Assembly: GCA_033853695.1 (NCBI GenBank)
Contig: JAWOLH010000045.1
Coordinates: forward strand, 593 to 64,592
Source of the DNA: Gemmatimonadales bacterium
Lineage (GTDB): Bacteria; Gemmatimonadota; Gemmatimonadetes; Gemmatimonadales; GWC2-71-9
Length of the DNA stretch: 64,000 nucleotides
Reading direction: 5' to 3'
The notes beneath the pieces are model-generated. The model was not told the DNA's origin and searched no databases. It saw only the letters and a list, made by a program, of their open reading frames with translations. The position numbers and the translations under genes are program-made. The stretch's first letter is position 1, and every line of letters starts with the position of its first letter. Shown in pieces: positions 1-10,514 of this stretch.

Positions 1-813
1 GTCGACCCCGACCGGAACGACAACTCGCTCGAGGGAGAGCGCCGCAAGGCGATCCGCCTGATCGGTCAGCTGCCGACCATGGTGGCGATGTTCCACCGGC
101 TGCGGAACGGGCTGAAGCCGCTGTCACCGCGCCGCGGTCTGTCGGCGGCGGCGAACTTCCTTTATATGATCTCGGGCGAGACGCCCGCCAAAGACGCCCA
201 GCACGCCTTCGACGTCGCGCTGATTCTCCATGCCGACCACGAGCTGAACGCGTCGACCTTTGCGGCGCGCGTCATCGCCGCCACGCTGGCCGACGTGCAC
301 GGTGCGGTAACCGGGGCGATCGCAGCCCTGGCGGGGCCGCTGCACGGTGGCGCGAATACCGAAGTCATGAAGATGCTGCTCGAAATTCAGACGCCGGAGC
401 GAGCGGAGCCGTGGCTGCGGCAGGCGCTGGCGGCGAAACGGAAGATCATGGGGTTCGGGCACCGGGTGTACCGCACCGAGGATCCGCGGGCGGCGCATCT
501 GCGCCGCATGTCCGACGTGCTGGGACAGCAGGCGGGCCAGGCGCATTGGTTCGCCATTCAGCGAGTGATCGAAGACCTGATGCGGAAAGAGAAGGGGCTC
601 TATTCGAACGTCGACTTCTATTCCGCGTCGATGTACTACGTCATGGGCATTCCGCTCGACCTGTACACGCCGATCTTCGCCGTGAGTCGCGTGAGCGGGT
701 GGTGCGCCCATGTGCTGGAGCAGCACGCCGACAACCGCTTGATCCGGCCGCGGGCCGAATACGTCGGACATATGGACCGCCGCTGGGTCCCGCCGCGAAA
801 GCGAGGCTCTTGA
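1..813 (+). CDS. gltA: citrate synthase, C-terminal ~270 aa (5' end lies upstream of the window)
   Basis: The frame is open from nt 1; VDPDRNDNSLEGERRKAIRLIGQLPT precedes the first Met of ORF 79..813. Citrate-synthase signatures GPLHGGANTEV, GFGHRVYRTEDPRA and VSRVSGWCAHV are present. Confidence 0.93.
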   Translation, partial: VDPDRNDNSLEGERRKAIRLIGQLPTMVAMFHRLRNGLKPLSPRRGLSAAANFLYMISGETPAKDAQHAFDVALILHADHELNASTFAARVIAATLADVHGAVTGAIAALAGPLHGGANTEVMKMLLEIQTPERAEPWLRQALAAKRKIMGFGHRVYRTEDPRAAHLRRMSDVLGQQAGQAHWFAIQRVIEDLMRKEKGLYSNVDFYSASMYYVMGIPLDLYTPIFAVSRVSGWCAHVLEQHADNRLIRPRAEYVGHMDRRWVPPRKRGS

Positions 814-816
814 CCG

Positions 817-2021
<1,205 letters not shown>

Positions 2022-2025
<4 letters not shown>

Positions 2026-3512
2026 ACAGCACGCTCATCACCAAGCCCCTGGTCGAGATCGACACGCCGCTGCTCGCCGTGGCGGTCCCGGCGTCGACCG
2101 AACTGCCGGCCTCGCTGTCCGTGATCGACCCGGTCACCGCAGGAGCGGTGAGCCGGGCGTTGGCGAGCGGGGATTTCAAGGGGAAGCGCGACGAGACGCT
2201 GCTCGCGTACGGCAGCGGGAAAGCACGTCGCGTGCTCCTCGTCGGGATGGGGAAGGCGACCGAGGTCACTCACAACAGCGTGCGTCGCGCGGCGGCCGTC
2301 GCGGGAAAGCGGGCGCGTGCGCTGGGCACCGGCCGCTACGCGTTCGCCGTGGCGCCGGAGGCGCGCAATGGACTTGCGGCCGAGGTGCTGGCCCAGGCGA
2401 CCGTCGAGGGTGCCGCGCACGGCGGGTGGGCGTTCATCGCGCTGAAGCGGCCGAGCGACGAGCTGCGCGCTGCGATCGCCGAAGTGGACGTCGTTGCAGA
2501 CGCGGGCGATGCCAAGCGGGCGGAGGTGGGGCGAACCCGCGGCGATGCGATCGCCGCGGGCCATTTGCTGGCCCGTGAGCTGCAGATGCAGCCCGGCAAC
2601 GTCTGCACCCCGACCTACCTGGCTGACCAGGCGCAGGCGCTGGGGAAGACGCACGGATTCCCGGTGACGGTGCTCGGTCCCGATCAGATCCGGCAGGAGG
2701 GCATGGGCGGACTGCTCGGCGTTTCCCAAGGGAGCGCCCAGGAGCCGCGGTTTATCATCCTCGAGTGGCGCGGTGCGGGAGATGCAGCCCCGGCGGTGAT
2801 CGTCGGGAAGGGAATCACCTTCGATTCCGGGGGTATCTCGATCAAGCCCGCCGCCAACATGGAAGAAATGAAGTACGACATGTCCGGCGCCGCGGCGGTG
2901 CTGGGAACGTTCGAGGTGCTGGGCCGGCTCCGCCCCCAGGTCAACGTGGTCGGCATCGTAGCGGCGAGCGAGAACCTCCCGTCGGGCACGGCGTTGAAGC
3001 CCGGCGACGTCATCAAGAGCCATCTCGGGAAAACGATTGAGATCGTGAATACCGACGCCGAGGGGCGCCTCGTGCTGTGTGATGCGCTGTCGTACGTGCG
3101 GCGCTACAAGCCCACGGCGGTGGTCGATGCCGCCACCCTGACGGGCGCGATCGTCATCGCGCTCGGCAACCAGGCGAGCGGGATCATGGGCAACGACGAT
3201 GCGCTCGTGGAGGAGGTCCGGAGCGCCGGCGAGCGCGCGGGCGAGCGCTGCTGGCCGCTGCCGCTGTGGGAGGAGTACCGTGATCTCGTGAAATCCGACA
3301 TTGCCGACGTGAAGAACTCGGGTGGTCGGGGTGCGGGGTCCATCGTCGGTGGCTGGTTCCTCCGGGAGTTCGTGGAGGGCTTTCCCTGGGTCCACATCGA
3401 CATCGCGGGGACGGCATACACGGAGAGCGAAGCGGCCTATCAGTCAAAGGGGCCGACGGCGTTCGGTGTACGGTTGTTCACCGAATTCCTGCTGCGACGC
3501 GCCGGGCAGTGA
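2022..3512 (+). CDS. pepA: leucyl aminopeptidase (peptidase M17)
   Basis: 496-aa ORF overlapping the icd stop by 4 nt. M17 motifs [16 protein letters not shown] and [14 protein letters not shown]. Confidence 0.93.
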
Positions 3513-5329
3513 TGCGGCAGAGCCTCCTTCTCCTGGGGGCTCTCGTGTGTGCGAGTGGCCAGGTGGCGGCGCAGGTGGACACCACCGCGAAGCCACGCCC
3601 GAAAGCGGGAGCCCCCGCTCCTCCCGCGGCCGATACGGGCAAGGGCCCTGCCGATACGACGGCGAAGCGCGACACCACGCCTCCGGACACGATCGAGCAT
3701 TTCCTTCCGGGGTTCGCCGCGGCGGTGCCGGCCGGGCCGCTGCCGCGCGGGGAGCGGTGGCGCTTCACCGTCGATTCGCTCGTCCTGTCGAACATCACGA
3801 CGCTGGGTGATCTCCTCGGTCATCTCCCGGGCGTGTACGTCGCGCGCGGGGGCTGGTTCGGTGCGCCCGAGATCGCGGTCTACGGCGGCCAGGGGCCGCT
3901 CGGGCTCGAGGTGTACTGGGACGGTCTCCCGTACCTGCCGGTGGGGCGCGACTCGGTGTGGCTCGATCCGGCGCGCATCCCCATCGCACCGCTCGAGCGG
4001 ATCGACGTGCAGGTCCTGCCGTCGACGTTGCGCGTGTACCTCGTCTCGCGCCAGGCACATTCCACCGTTCCGCGCACCGAAGTGCGCATCAGCACGGGTC
4101 AGAACTCCATCGCCCAATATCGCGGCGGTTTCGCGAAGCGCTGGCGATCGGGGCTCGGGCTGTCGCTCAGCGCCGATTACCGCAACATCAACGGCGTCCC
4201 GACGACCTCGACCACCGCGTTCAACGACGTCGATGTCTGGCTCAAGCTCGAGTACGAACGGTCGTCGCATTTCGGGCTGGGGTTCCAGACGCTCAGCTCG
4301 ACGTGGAATCGCGGTGGCGAGCCGGGGCTCGTGAACCCGTGGAAGCAGCGCCGCCTCGATCAGCTGTTCCGCGCCTTCGCCGCGACGCGTGACGATGGGC
4401 TGGGACCCCGCGCCACGCTCACGCTGGCTCGCGCGCAGGTGACCGGCGATAGCGCCGTGCCCAACCGATCGCTCTATCAGGGACAGCTCGAGCTTTCCGA
4501 AACCCGCTCGCGAGCGAGCTTGGGTGTGACCGCGCGCTTCCAGGATGCCGCCCGCCCGTTTCAAGTGGATGCGTATGCGGGGTGGCACCCATTGCCGCTC
4601 GTCACTCTCTGGGCCGATGCGAGACGCTCCTACTACGGAAACAAAGGCCATGGGAATCGTGCGCACGTCGCCGGCTCATTGACACTACCGCTCGGGTTCT
4701 CGGTGCGCGGAGAGGCGAGTCGGGTCGAAACGTTCGACGTGCCGATCATTCCGACCGACTCGTTCCAATGGGCGAACGATTATGCCGCATATCTGCGGTG
4801 GGATACGAAGCCGGTGACGCTCGAGGTGGGCGAGGTGCAGCGCGACTCGTTTCGCCCCGAGGGTTTCGCCGCCGGAATCCGTCCCGTAGCATTCCTCGGC
4901 CCGCTCCCCAAGAGCACGTACCTCTCCGTGTTCGTCGGACTGCGGCCGCTCTCGGGTGTGCAGCTCTCCGGCTGGTACTTCGATCCGAGAACGGGCGGTG
5001 GGGATTTCGAGCCGCCGATGCACGCGCGTTTTGCGGCGACGTTTTTCTCGAAGTTCTGGCGGGTCTACAAGAGCGGTGTCTTCTCGTTGCGCGGCGAATA
5101 TGCGATCGAGAGCTGGAGCCGAGGACTCGGCGGTCGGGACTCGACCGGGGCCCAGCTTCCGCTGGGGCCGGCGACGTTCGCCGAGACGAACATCCAGCTG
5201 CGCATCGCCGATTTCACCGCCTATTGGCTGACGCGGAACTACGACGGGATGAGAGGCAGCTACGTCAGCGGCCTGGGTTATCCCAAGAGAGCGCAGTACT
5301 ACGGGGTACAGTGGTTCTTCAATAACTGA
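3509..5329 (+). CDS. secreted outer-membrane beta-barrel-like protein with a TonB-dependent-receptor plug-like segment; function unknown
   Basis: Signal peptide [22 protein letters not shown], followed by a Pro/Ala/Thr-rich linker. A plug-like stretch reads TLGDLLGHLPGVYVARGG..EVYWDGLPYLP..LERIDVQVLPSTLRVYL. The rest is a long region of alternating-pattern (beta-strand-like) sequence ending YYGVQWFFNN. The GTG/ATG start overlaps the pepA stop. Confidence 0.55.
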   Translation: MMRQSLLLLGALVCASGQVAAQVDTTAKPRPKAGAPAPPAADTGKGPADTTAKRDTTPPDTIEHFLPGFAAAVPAGPLPRGERWRFTVDSLVLSNITTLGDLLGHLPGVYVARGGWFGAPEIAVYGGQGPLGLEVYWDGLPYLPVGRDSVWLDPARIPIAPLERIDVQVLPSTLRVYLVSRQAHSTVPRTEVRISTGQNSIAQYRGGFAKRWRSGLGLSLSADYRNINGVPTTSTTAFNDVDVWLKLEYERSSHFGLGFQTLSSTWNRGGEPGLVNPWKQRRLDQLFRAFAATRDDGLGPRATLTLARAQVTGDSAVPNRSLYQGQLELSETRSRASLGVTARFQDAARPFQVDAYAGWHPLPLVTLWADARRSYYGNKGHGNRAHVAGSLTLPLGFSVRGEASRVETFDVPIIPTDSFQWANDYAAYLRWDTKPVTLEVGEVQRDSFRPEGFAAGIRPVAFLGPLPKSTYLSVFVGLRPLSGVQLSGWYFDPRTGGGDFEPPMHARFAATFFSKFWRVYKSGVFSLRGEYAIESWSRGLGGRDSTGAQLPLGPATFAETNIQLRIADFTAYWLTRNYDGMRGSYVSGLGYPKRAQYYGVQWFFNN

Positions 5330-5333
5330 CCAA

Positions 5334-5362
5334 TTGACCTAAGTGCTTAACGGGATTAGCCT
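5334..5362 (+). promoter_or_regulatory. possible sigma70-type promoter for yicC array
   Basis: TTGACC (5334-5339), N17, TAGCCT (5357-5362), in the only AT-richer gap upstream of yicC. The -10 is weak. Confidence 0.25.
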
Positions 5363-5370
5363 TAAAGTCT

Positions 5371-6243
5371 GTGCCGCGAAGCATGACGGGGTTCGGAGCC
5401 GCCGAGGGGAAGGTGGCCGGCGGGCGGCTGCGGATCGAAATCCGCGCCGTCAATCATCGCTACTTCAATCCGCAGCTCAAGCTGCCATACGATCTCGCCG
5501 GCATCGAGGGCGAGCTGCGCGAGCGGTTGCGATCGCTGCTCGAGCGGGGACACGTGGCCGTTTCGGCGCGGTGGATCGAGCCGCCGCACGCCGCGGCGGC
5601 GGTGATGCTTGATCTCGATCGCGCCAAGCAGGTCGTGCGGGCGCTGCGGGAGCTGAAGAAGCAGCTGCGTTTGAAGGGCGATCCCGATCTCGCGTTCGTC
5701 GCCCGGCATCCCGACGTGCTGACGTATTCCGGCGACGGTGCCGTCGTGACGTGGGCCGAGGTGCAACCGGTGGCCGAGCAGGCCGCCGCGGAGGTGCTGG
5801 CGATGCGGGAGCGCGAGGGCCGTGCCCTTGCCGCCGACCTGATGGCGCGTCTCGATGCGCTCGAGTCCGGCGCACGGGTCGTAGCGAGCCGGGCCCCGGA
5901 GCGTGTCACGCACGAACTGGCGCGGCTCCAGAAGCAGGTCGCCGGGTTGGCTCAGGGCGTGCAGGTCGATCCGCAGCGGCTGGCGGTAGAGGTGGCGTTG
6001 CTCGCCGACCGGGTGGACATCAGCGAGGAGCTGGTGCGGTTCGAGACCCACTTGGCGGCGGCAAGGGCAGCGCTCGCGGGGAGCGGCGCGGTCGGGAAGC
6101 AGCTCGGCTTTCTCGCCCAGGAGCTCCTGCGCGAGATCAACACGATGGGCTCCAAGGCGAACGACGCCGCGATCACGCAGGCGGTGATCGGGATGAAGGG
6201 AGAGCTGGAGCGCTTCCGGGAGCAGCTGGAGAACTTGGAGTGA
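5371..6243 (+). CDS. yicC: YicC-family protein
   Basis: The N-terminus MPRSMTGFG matches the MIRSMT-type start of YicC proteins. RAVNHRYF and the C-terminal GSKANDAAITQ..MKGELERFREQLENLE are YicC-like. GTG start at 5371, with ATG 5383 as an alternative. Confidence 0.85.
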   Translation: MPRSMTGFGAAEGKVAGGRLRIEIRAVNHRYFNPQLKLPYDLAGIEGELRERLRSLLERGHVAVSARWIEPPHAAAAVMLDLDRAKQVVRALRELKKQLRLKGDPDLAFVARHPDVLTYSGDGAVVTWAEVQPVAEQAAAEVLAMREREGRALAADLMARLDALESGARVVASRAPERVTHELARLQKQVAGLAQGVQVDPQRLAVEVALLADRVDISEELVRFETHLAAARAALAGSGAVGKQLGFLAQELLREINTMGSKANDAAITQAVIGMKGELERFREQLENLE

Positions 6244-6920
6244 CGCCGCGGATCGTCATCCTTTCCGCTCCATCGGGCGGAGGGAAGACGACCATCAGCG
6301 ACGCCCTGCGCGCGCGGCGGAAGGATATCGGATACTCGGTGTCGGCGACGACGCGGAAGCCGCGTCCGGGCGAAGTCGATGGGAAGGCGTACCACTTCGT
6401 CCCACCGGCCGTGTTCCAGCAGATGGTGGACGCCGGTGAGTTTCTGGAGTGGGCGGAGTACGCGGGGAACCGCTACGGCACGCTGAAGCGAGAGGTCGAC
6501 GGTATCCTGAAGTCCGGTCGGCATGTGCTGTTGGACATCGAAATGCAGGGCGCGGAGCAAATCTGGAAGCAGAGTGCAGCGCAACGCCCCATTCGGATTT
6601 TCATCCTTCCCCCAAGCGGAAAGGGATGGATGGAGCGACTCCGGGGACGAGAAACGGAGTCGCCCGAATCGCTGGCGCGACGCGCGCAATGGGCGATCAA
6701 GGAGATTCAGCAAGCTCTCGATTGGGAACACATAATCATCAATGACGATCTTGAGCGAGCCGTTGCGGAAGTGAGTCAGATTATCGACGGTGGAGGGAGC
6801 AAGCAGCAGCGCCCATCGATCACGGAGCTCCACCGGTTAGTCGCAGACATGATGGACGAGGCAACACGTGCACAGAACCAGGTACGGGAGAGCATTGATG
6901 CGAATCGTGACCCCCATTGA
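6240..6920 (+). CDS. gmk: guanylate kinase with ~40-aa C-terminal extension
   Basis: GTG at 6240 overlaps the yicC stop (GTGA). P-loop SAPSGGGKTT, plus SATTRKPRPGEVDGKAYHF and LLDIEMQGA. The upstream part of ORF 5751..6920 overlaps yicC and is not credible. Confidence 0.9.
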   Translation: MTPRIVILSAPSGGGKTTISDALRARRKDIGYSVSATTRKPRPGEVDGKAYHFVPPAVFQQMVDAGEFLEWAEYAGNRYGTLKREVDGILKSGRHVLLDIEMQGAEQIWKQSAAQRPIRIFILPPSGKGWMERLRGRETESPESLARRAQWAIKEIQQALDWEHIIINDDLERAVAEVSQIIDGGGSKQQRPSITELHRLVADMMDEATRAQNQVRESIDANRDPH

Positions 6921-7110
6921 AGTCTCGAATCAAACCCAGAACAAGTACCTCGGCGTGCTGGTCGCCGCACGGTTCGCGCGGTTCGTGAACGAATTCCCGC
7001 GCGATCGCAGCGTCGAGTTCGAGCAGAAGCTCACCACCAGCGCGCTGCACGAGCTGGTGCAGGGCAATTTGAAGTACAAGCTGGTGCGGCGGCGGCGGCA
7101 GGAGGGCTGA
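6898..7110 (+). CDS. rpoZ: DNA-directed RNA polymerase omega subunit
   Basis: 70 aa from ATG 6898 (GTG 6868 is an alternative). NKYLGVLVAARFARFV resembles the omega N-x-Y-x-L-V-x-x-A-A-x-R-A-R core. It sits in the classical position between gmk and coaBC. Confidence 0.65.
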   Translation: MRIVTPIEVSNQTQNKYLGVLVAARFARFVNEFPRDRSVEFEQKLTTSALHELVQGNLKYKLVRRRRQEG

Positions 7111-8300
7111 TGAGTCTCGCCGGCCGCCACGTCGTCCTGGGCGTGTCGGGCGGCATCGCCTGCTACAAGAGCTGCACCCTCGCGCGCCGGCTCACCGAGC
7201 ATGGCCTGACGGTGGACGTGGTGCTCACGGCGGCGGCGACGGAGTTCATCCGGCCGCTCACCTTCGAAGCGCTCACGGGGCGGCCCGTGCTCAGCTCGTT
7301 ATGGGAGCGGGACCGCGCACTGGCGCACATCGGCCTCGCCCGGCAACCGGAGCTCGTCATCGTCGCTCCCGCGACCGCCCACCTCCTGGCCCGTGCGGCG
7401 ATGGGAATGGCCGATGACCTGCTGACGGCCATCCTCCTCGCCCGCTCGGGGCCGGTGCTCGCCGCCCCCGCCATGAACGATGCGATGTTCGCGCACCCGG
7501 CCACGCAGGCCAACCTGCGGACGCTCGAGTCCCGCGGCTGGGAACTGATCGGGCCGGAGCGGGGCGCCCTCGCCGAAGGGCCGAGCGAGCGCCAGGGCCG
7601 CATGAGCGAGCCGGAGACGATCCTCGCCGCGGTGCTGCGCCGGCTTGGCGTCGACTCGCGCTGGACGGGACGGAAGGTGGTGGTGAGCGCGGGCCCGACC
7701 CGCGAGCACCTCGATCCGGTGCGCGTGCTCACGAATCCCTCGAGCGGCCGTATGGGATTCGCGCTGGCGGAAGCGGCCCGCGATCGCGGCGCGCGGGTCG
7801 TCCTCGTACTCGGTCCGACGCCGCTTGCGCCGCCGGCCGGCGTGGACGTCGTGCGTGTACAGACGACGGCCGAGATGCAGCAAGCGGTGCAGGCCGCGAT
7901 CGGCGGCGCCGACGCGGTGTTCATGGCGGCGGCCCCCGCCGACTACCGGCCGGCGAAGACCGATGCCCGCAAGCGTCCGCGCGGGAAAGGGCGGCTGTCT
8001 CTGGCATTGTTGCCGACCCCGGATATCTTGGCGTCCCTCAAGCGCCCCGCCACCTGTCTCATGGTCGGTTTCGCGCTCGAAACCGGGAACGGGTTGCAGC
8101 GGGCCCGGAAGAAGTTGCAGGAAAAGCGGCTCGATTACGTGGTTCTGAACGACGCGCTGGAGCCCGGCGCGGGGTTCGACGTGACCACGAACAAAGTCAC
8201 GCTGCTCTCGCGGTCGGGGGCCGATCTGGCACTCCCGCTGCTCGACAAGCGTGACGTGGCGCAGCGAATCCTCGACGCAGTGGAGCACGATTTGTCGTGA
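7110..8300 (+). CDS. coaBC: bifunctional phosphopantothenoylcysteine decarboxylase / phosphopantothenate-cysteine ligase
   Basis: N-terminal flavoprotein domain (GVSGGIACYK, APAMNDAMF). C-terminal CoaB domain (VSAGPTREHLDPVRVLTNPSSGRMG). The ATG shares 1 nt with the rpoZ stop. Confidence 0.92.
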   Translation: MSLAGRHVVLGVSGGIACYKSCTLARRLTEHGLTVDVVLTAAATEFIRPLTFEALTGRPVLSSLWERDRALAHIGLARQPELVIVAPATAHLLARAAMGMADDLLTAILLARSGPVLAAPAMNDAMFAHPATQANLRTLESRGWELIGPERGALAEGPSERQGRMSEPETILAAVLRRLGVDSRWTGRKVVVSAGPTREHLDPVRVLTNPSSGRMGFALAEAARDRGARVVLVLGPTPLAPPAGVDVVRVQTTAEMQQAVQAAIGGADAVFMAAAPADYRPAKTDARKRPRGKGRLSLALLPTPDILASLKRPATCLMVGFALETGNGLQRARKKLQEKRLDYVVLNDALEPGAGFDVTTNKVTLLSRSGADLALPLLDKRDVAQRILDAVEHDLS

Positions 8301-9139
8301 GTGACGGGCGGGCACTGGCGCGCGCCTACTTGGAACAACAACGACTCCTCGGGACGGACGCGGTGATGGTGCCGGCGCCCGTGGAACGGGTCGCCCCCAC
8401 TGCGTCGACCCCGGGCTCACACCCGGGGCCAGGCGATTCACCGCCACCCCCATCCAGCGCGGTTCACCCGGCCCCGGGCGTCAACCCGGGGAAGCCTGCC
8501 GATCGAGCCGGTGCGACGGATCTCCCGCCCAGCGGCCTCACCTTCGATCCGCCCGCGCAGGATCTCTTCAGTGCCGACCCCGTGCAGCGGGCTGCCACCC
8601 TCGCGCAAATCGCGGACCTCGTCGCGGCGTGTACCAAGTGCCGGTTGTGCGAGGGGCGCACCAACACCGTGCCTGGGGAAGGGGCGGAGCGCGCCAGGCT
8701 CGTGGTCGTGGGGGAAGGCCCCGGGAAGACCGAGGACGAAACCGGCCGGCCATTCGTCGGCAAAGCCGGGGAGTTGTTGACGAAGATTCTCGGCGCGATC
8801 GGTCTCGAGCGGGAGCAGGTGTACATCTGCAACATCGTGAAGTGCCGGCCACCGGAAAACCGCACACCGCAATACGACGAGATCGCGACGTGCGTTCCCT
8901 ATCTCTTCCGCCAGATCGAGCTCATCGGTCCGAGAGTGATCCTGGCGATGGGGAACACCGCCGCACAAACGCTGCTCGATACGAAGCAGTCGCTCGGCGC
9001 ACTGCGGAACAAGGTGCACCGCTTCCGGGGCGTTCCGCTGATCGTTACCTATCATCCGGCTGCCCTGCTGCGCAACCCCAACTGGAAGAAACCGACCTGG
9101 GATGACGTCCGCATCGCCCTCCGTCTCCTCGACGGCTGA
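8297..9139 (+). CDS. udg: uracil-DNA glycosylase, family 4 (Fe-S type), with Pro-rich N-terminal extension
   Basis: GTG start overlaps the coaBC stop. Motifs CTKCRLCEGRTNTVPGEG, VVVGEGPGKTED, GRPFVGKAGELL and TYHPAALLRNP. Confidence 0.85.
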   Translation: MSDGRALARAYLEQQRLLGTDAVMVPAPVERVAPTASTPGSHPGPGDSPPPPSSAVHPAPGVNPGKPADRAGATDLPPSGLTFDPPAQDLFSADPVQRAATLAQIADLVAACTKCRLCEGRTNTVPGEGAERARLVVVGEGPGKTEDETGRPFVGKAGELLTKILGAIGLEREQVYICNIVKCRPPENRTPQYDEIATCVPYLFRQIELIGPRVILAMGNTAAQTLLDTKQSLGALRNKVHRFRGVPLIVTYHPAALLRNPNWKKPTWDDVRIALRLLDG

Positions 9140-10514
9140 TCTCGAATTCCCGGGGCGTCGCGCGCCCTGGAGCAATGACGCCGAGCAGGCCGTGCTCGGC
9201 GCGATGCTGCTGGACCAGGATGCCGCCCTCAAGGCGGCCGAGCTCCTGGAGGATTCGATGTTCTACAAGGAGGCCCATCGCATCCTGTTTCGCGCGATGG
9301 CGAGCCTCACTGAAAAGGCCGATGTCATCGATCCCGTCACGCTGCGCGAGGAGCTGGCACGCCGGGGCGATCTCGACCGAATCGGCGGGATGGAGTACAT
9401 CGCCGCACTTATCGACGTTGTGCCGACGGCAGCCAATGTCGAGTACCACGTACGGATCGTGCGGGACAAGGCGGTCTTGCGACGCTTGGTGGAGGCGTCG
9501 ACCGAGATCATTCAGGACGTATACGCCTCGCACGGCGACTCAAGCGACGTCCTCGACAACGCTGAGCATCGCATTTTCCAGGTGGCGCAGTACCGGCGCT
9601 CCGAGGAGTTCCTGCGGCTCAAGGAGCTCATCTGGCCGACCATGGAGCGCATCGAGCAGATGCAGGGCCGGGCCGGGGCGCTCACAGGGGTGCCGAGCGG
9701 GTTCAAGGACCTGGACGAGATGACCGCCGGCTTCCAGCGCTCCGACCTTGTGATTCTCGCCGCACGCCCCTCCATGGGGAAGACGGCCTTCGCCCTCAAC
9801 GTCGTTCAGCACGCCGCCATCGAGCACGGGGTCAAGGTGGCGATCTTCTCGCTGGAAATGTCCAAGGACCAGCTGGTCCAACGCCTGTTGTGCTCGGAGG
9901 GCCTGGTCGATGCTCAGCGTCTGCGTCGTGGCGCGCTGCGCGACGAGGACTACCCGAAGCTCGCCCGCGCCGCCGGCTTACTCAGCTCCGCCCAAATCTG
10001 GATCGACGATTCCGCTGGCCTCACACCCCTGGCGATGCGCTCCAAGGCGCGCCGCCTCAAGGCCGAGCATGACATCGGGCTGCTGGTCGTGGATTACTTG
10101 CAGCTGATGCAGGGTCCACAGGACATCGAGAACCGGACGCAAGAGGTGTCCTACATTTCTCGGTCCCTGAAGGCGCTCGCCAAAGAGCTCGAGGTCCCGG
10201 TACTGGCGCTCTCGCAGCTGTCCCGCGCGCCCGAACAGCGGGGCGGCGAACATCGCAAGCCGCAGCTCTCCGATCTGCGGGAGTCCGGGGCAATCGAGCA
10301 GGACGCCGACGTCGTGATGTTCATCTATCGACCGGAGATGTATGACGGCCCGACGGACAAGGACGGCAACAACATCGAAGGACTCGCCGAGCTCAACGTC
10401 GGCAAGCAGCGCAACGGCCCGACGGGAACCGTTCAGCTCTACTTCAAGAAGGAGTACACGCGCTTCGACAACCGCACGAACCGGGAAGCGCCTCCGGGGG
10501 TGATCGTTGGCTAA
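9102..10514 (+). CDS. dnaB: replicative DNA helicase
   Basis: AEQAVLGAMLL N-domain, Walker A ARPSMGKTAF, Walker B LLVVDYLQLM, plus SQLSRAPE and KQRNGPTG. There is no intein. The ATG lies 38 nt inside the udg 3' end, and it is the only in-frame start before the conserved N-domain. Confidence 0.95.
   Translation: MTSASPSVSSTADLEFPGRRAPWSNDAEQAVLGAMLLDQDAALKAAELLEDSMFYKEAHRILFRAMASLTEKADVIDPVTLREELARRGDLDRIGGMEYIAALIDVVPTAANVEYHVRIVRDKAVLRRLVEASTEIIQDVYASHGDSSDVLDNAEHRIFQVAQYRRSEEFLRLKELIWPTMERIEQMQGRAGALTGVPSGFKDLDEMTAGFQRSDLVILAARPSMGKTAFALNVVQHAAIEHGVKVAIFSLEMSKDQLVQRLLCSEGLVDAQRLRRGALRDEDYPKLARAAGLLSSAQIWIDDSAGLTPLAMRSKARRLKAEHDIGLLVVDYLQLMQGPQDIENRTQEVSYISRSLKALAKELEVPVLALSQLSRAPEQRGGEHRKPQLSDLRESGAIEQDADVVMFIYRPEMYDGPTDKDGNNIEGLAELNVGKQRNGPTGTVQLYFKKEYTRFDNRTNREAPPGVIVG

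Noticed and set aside
5751-6239. Long N-terminal extensions implied by the track for gmk, and similarly for the ABC ATPase (23566), nuoH (41841), nuoL (44124), the UPF0182-like gene (50723), arcC (53242), sucD (55463), fabD (59012) and fabG (60667).
   Set aside because: The extensions overlap the preceding, well-supported gene in another frame and are Arg/Gly/Ala-rich. In each case the conserved N-terminus begins at a start codon overlapping or abutting the upstream stop.
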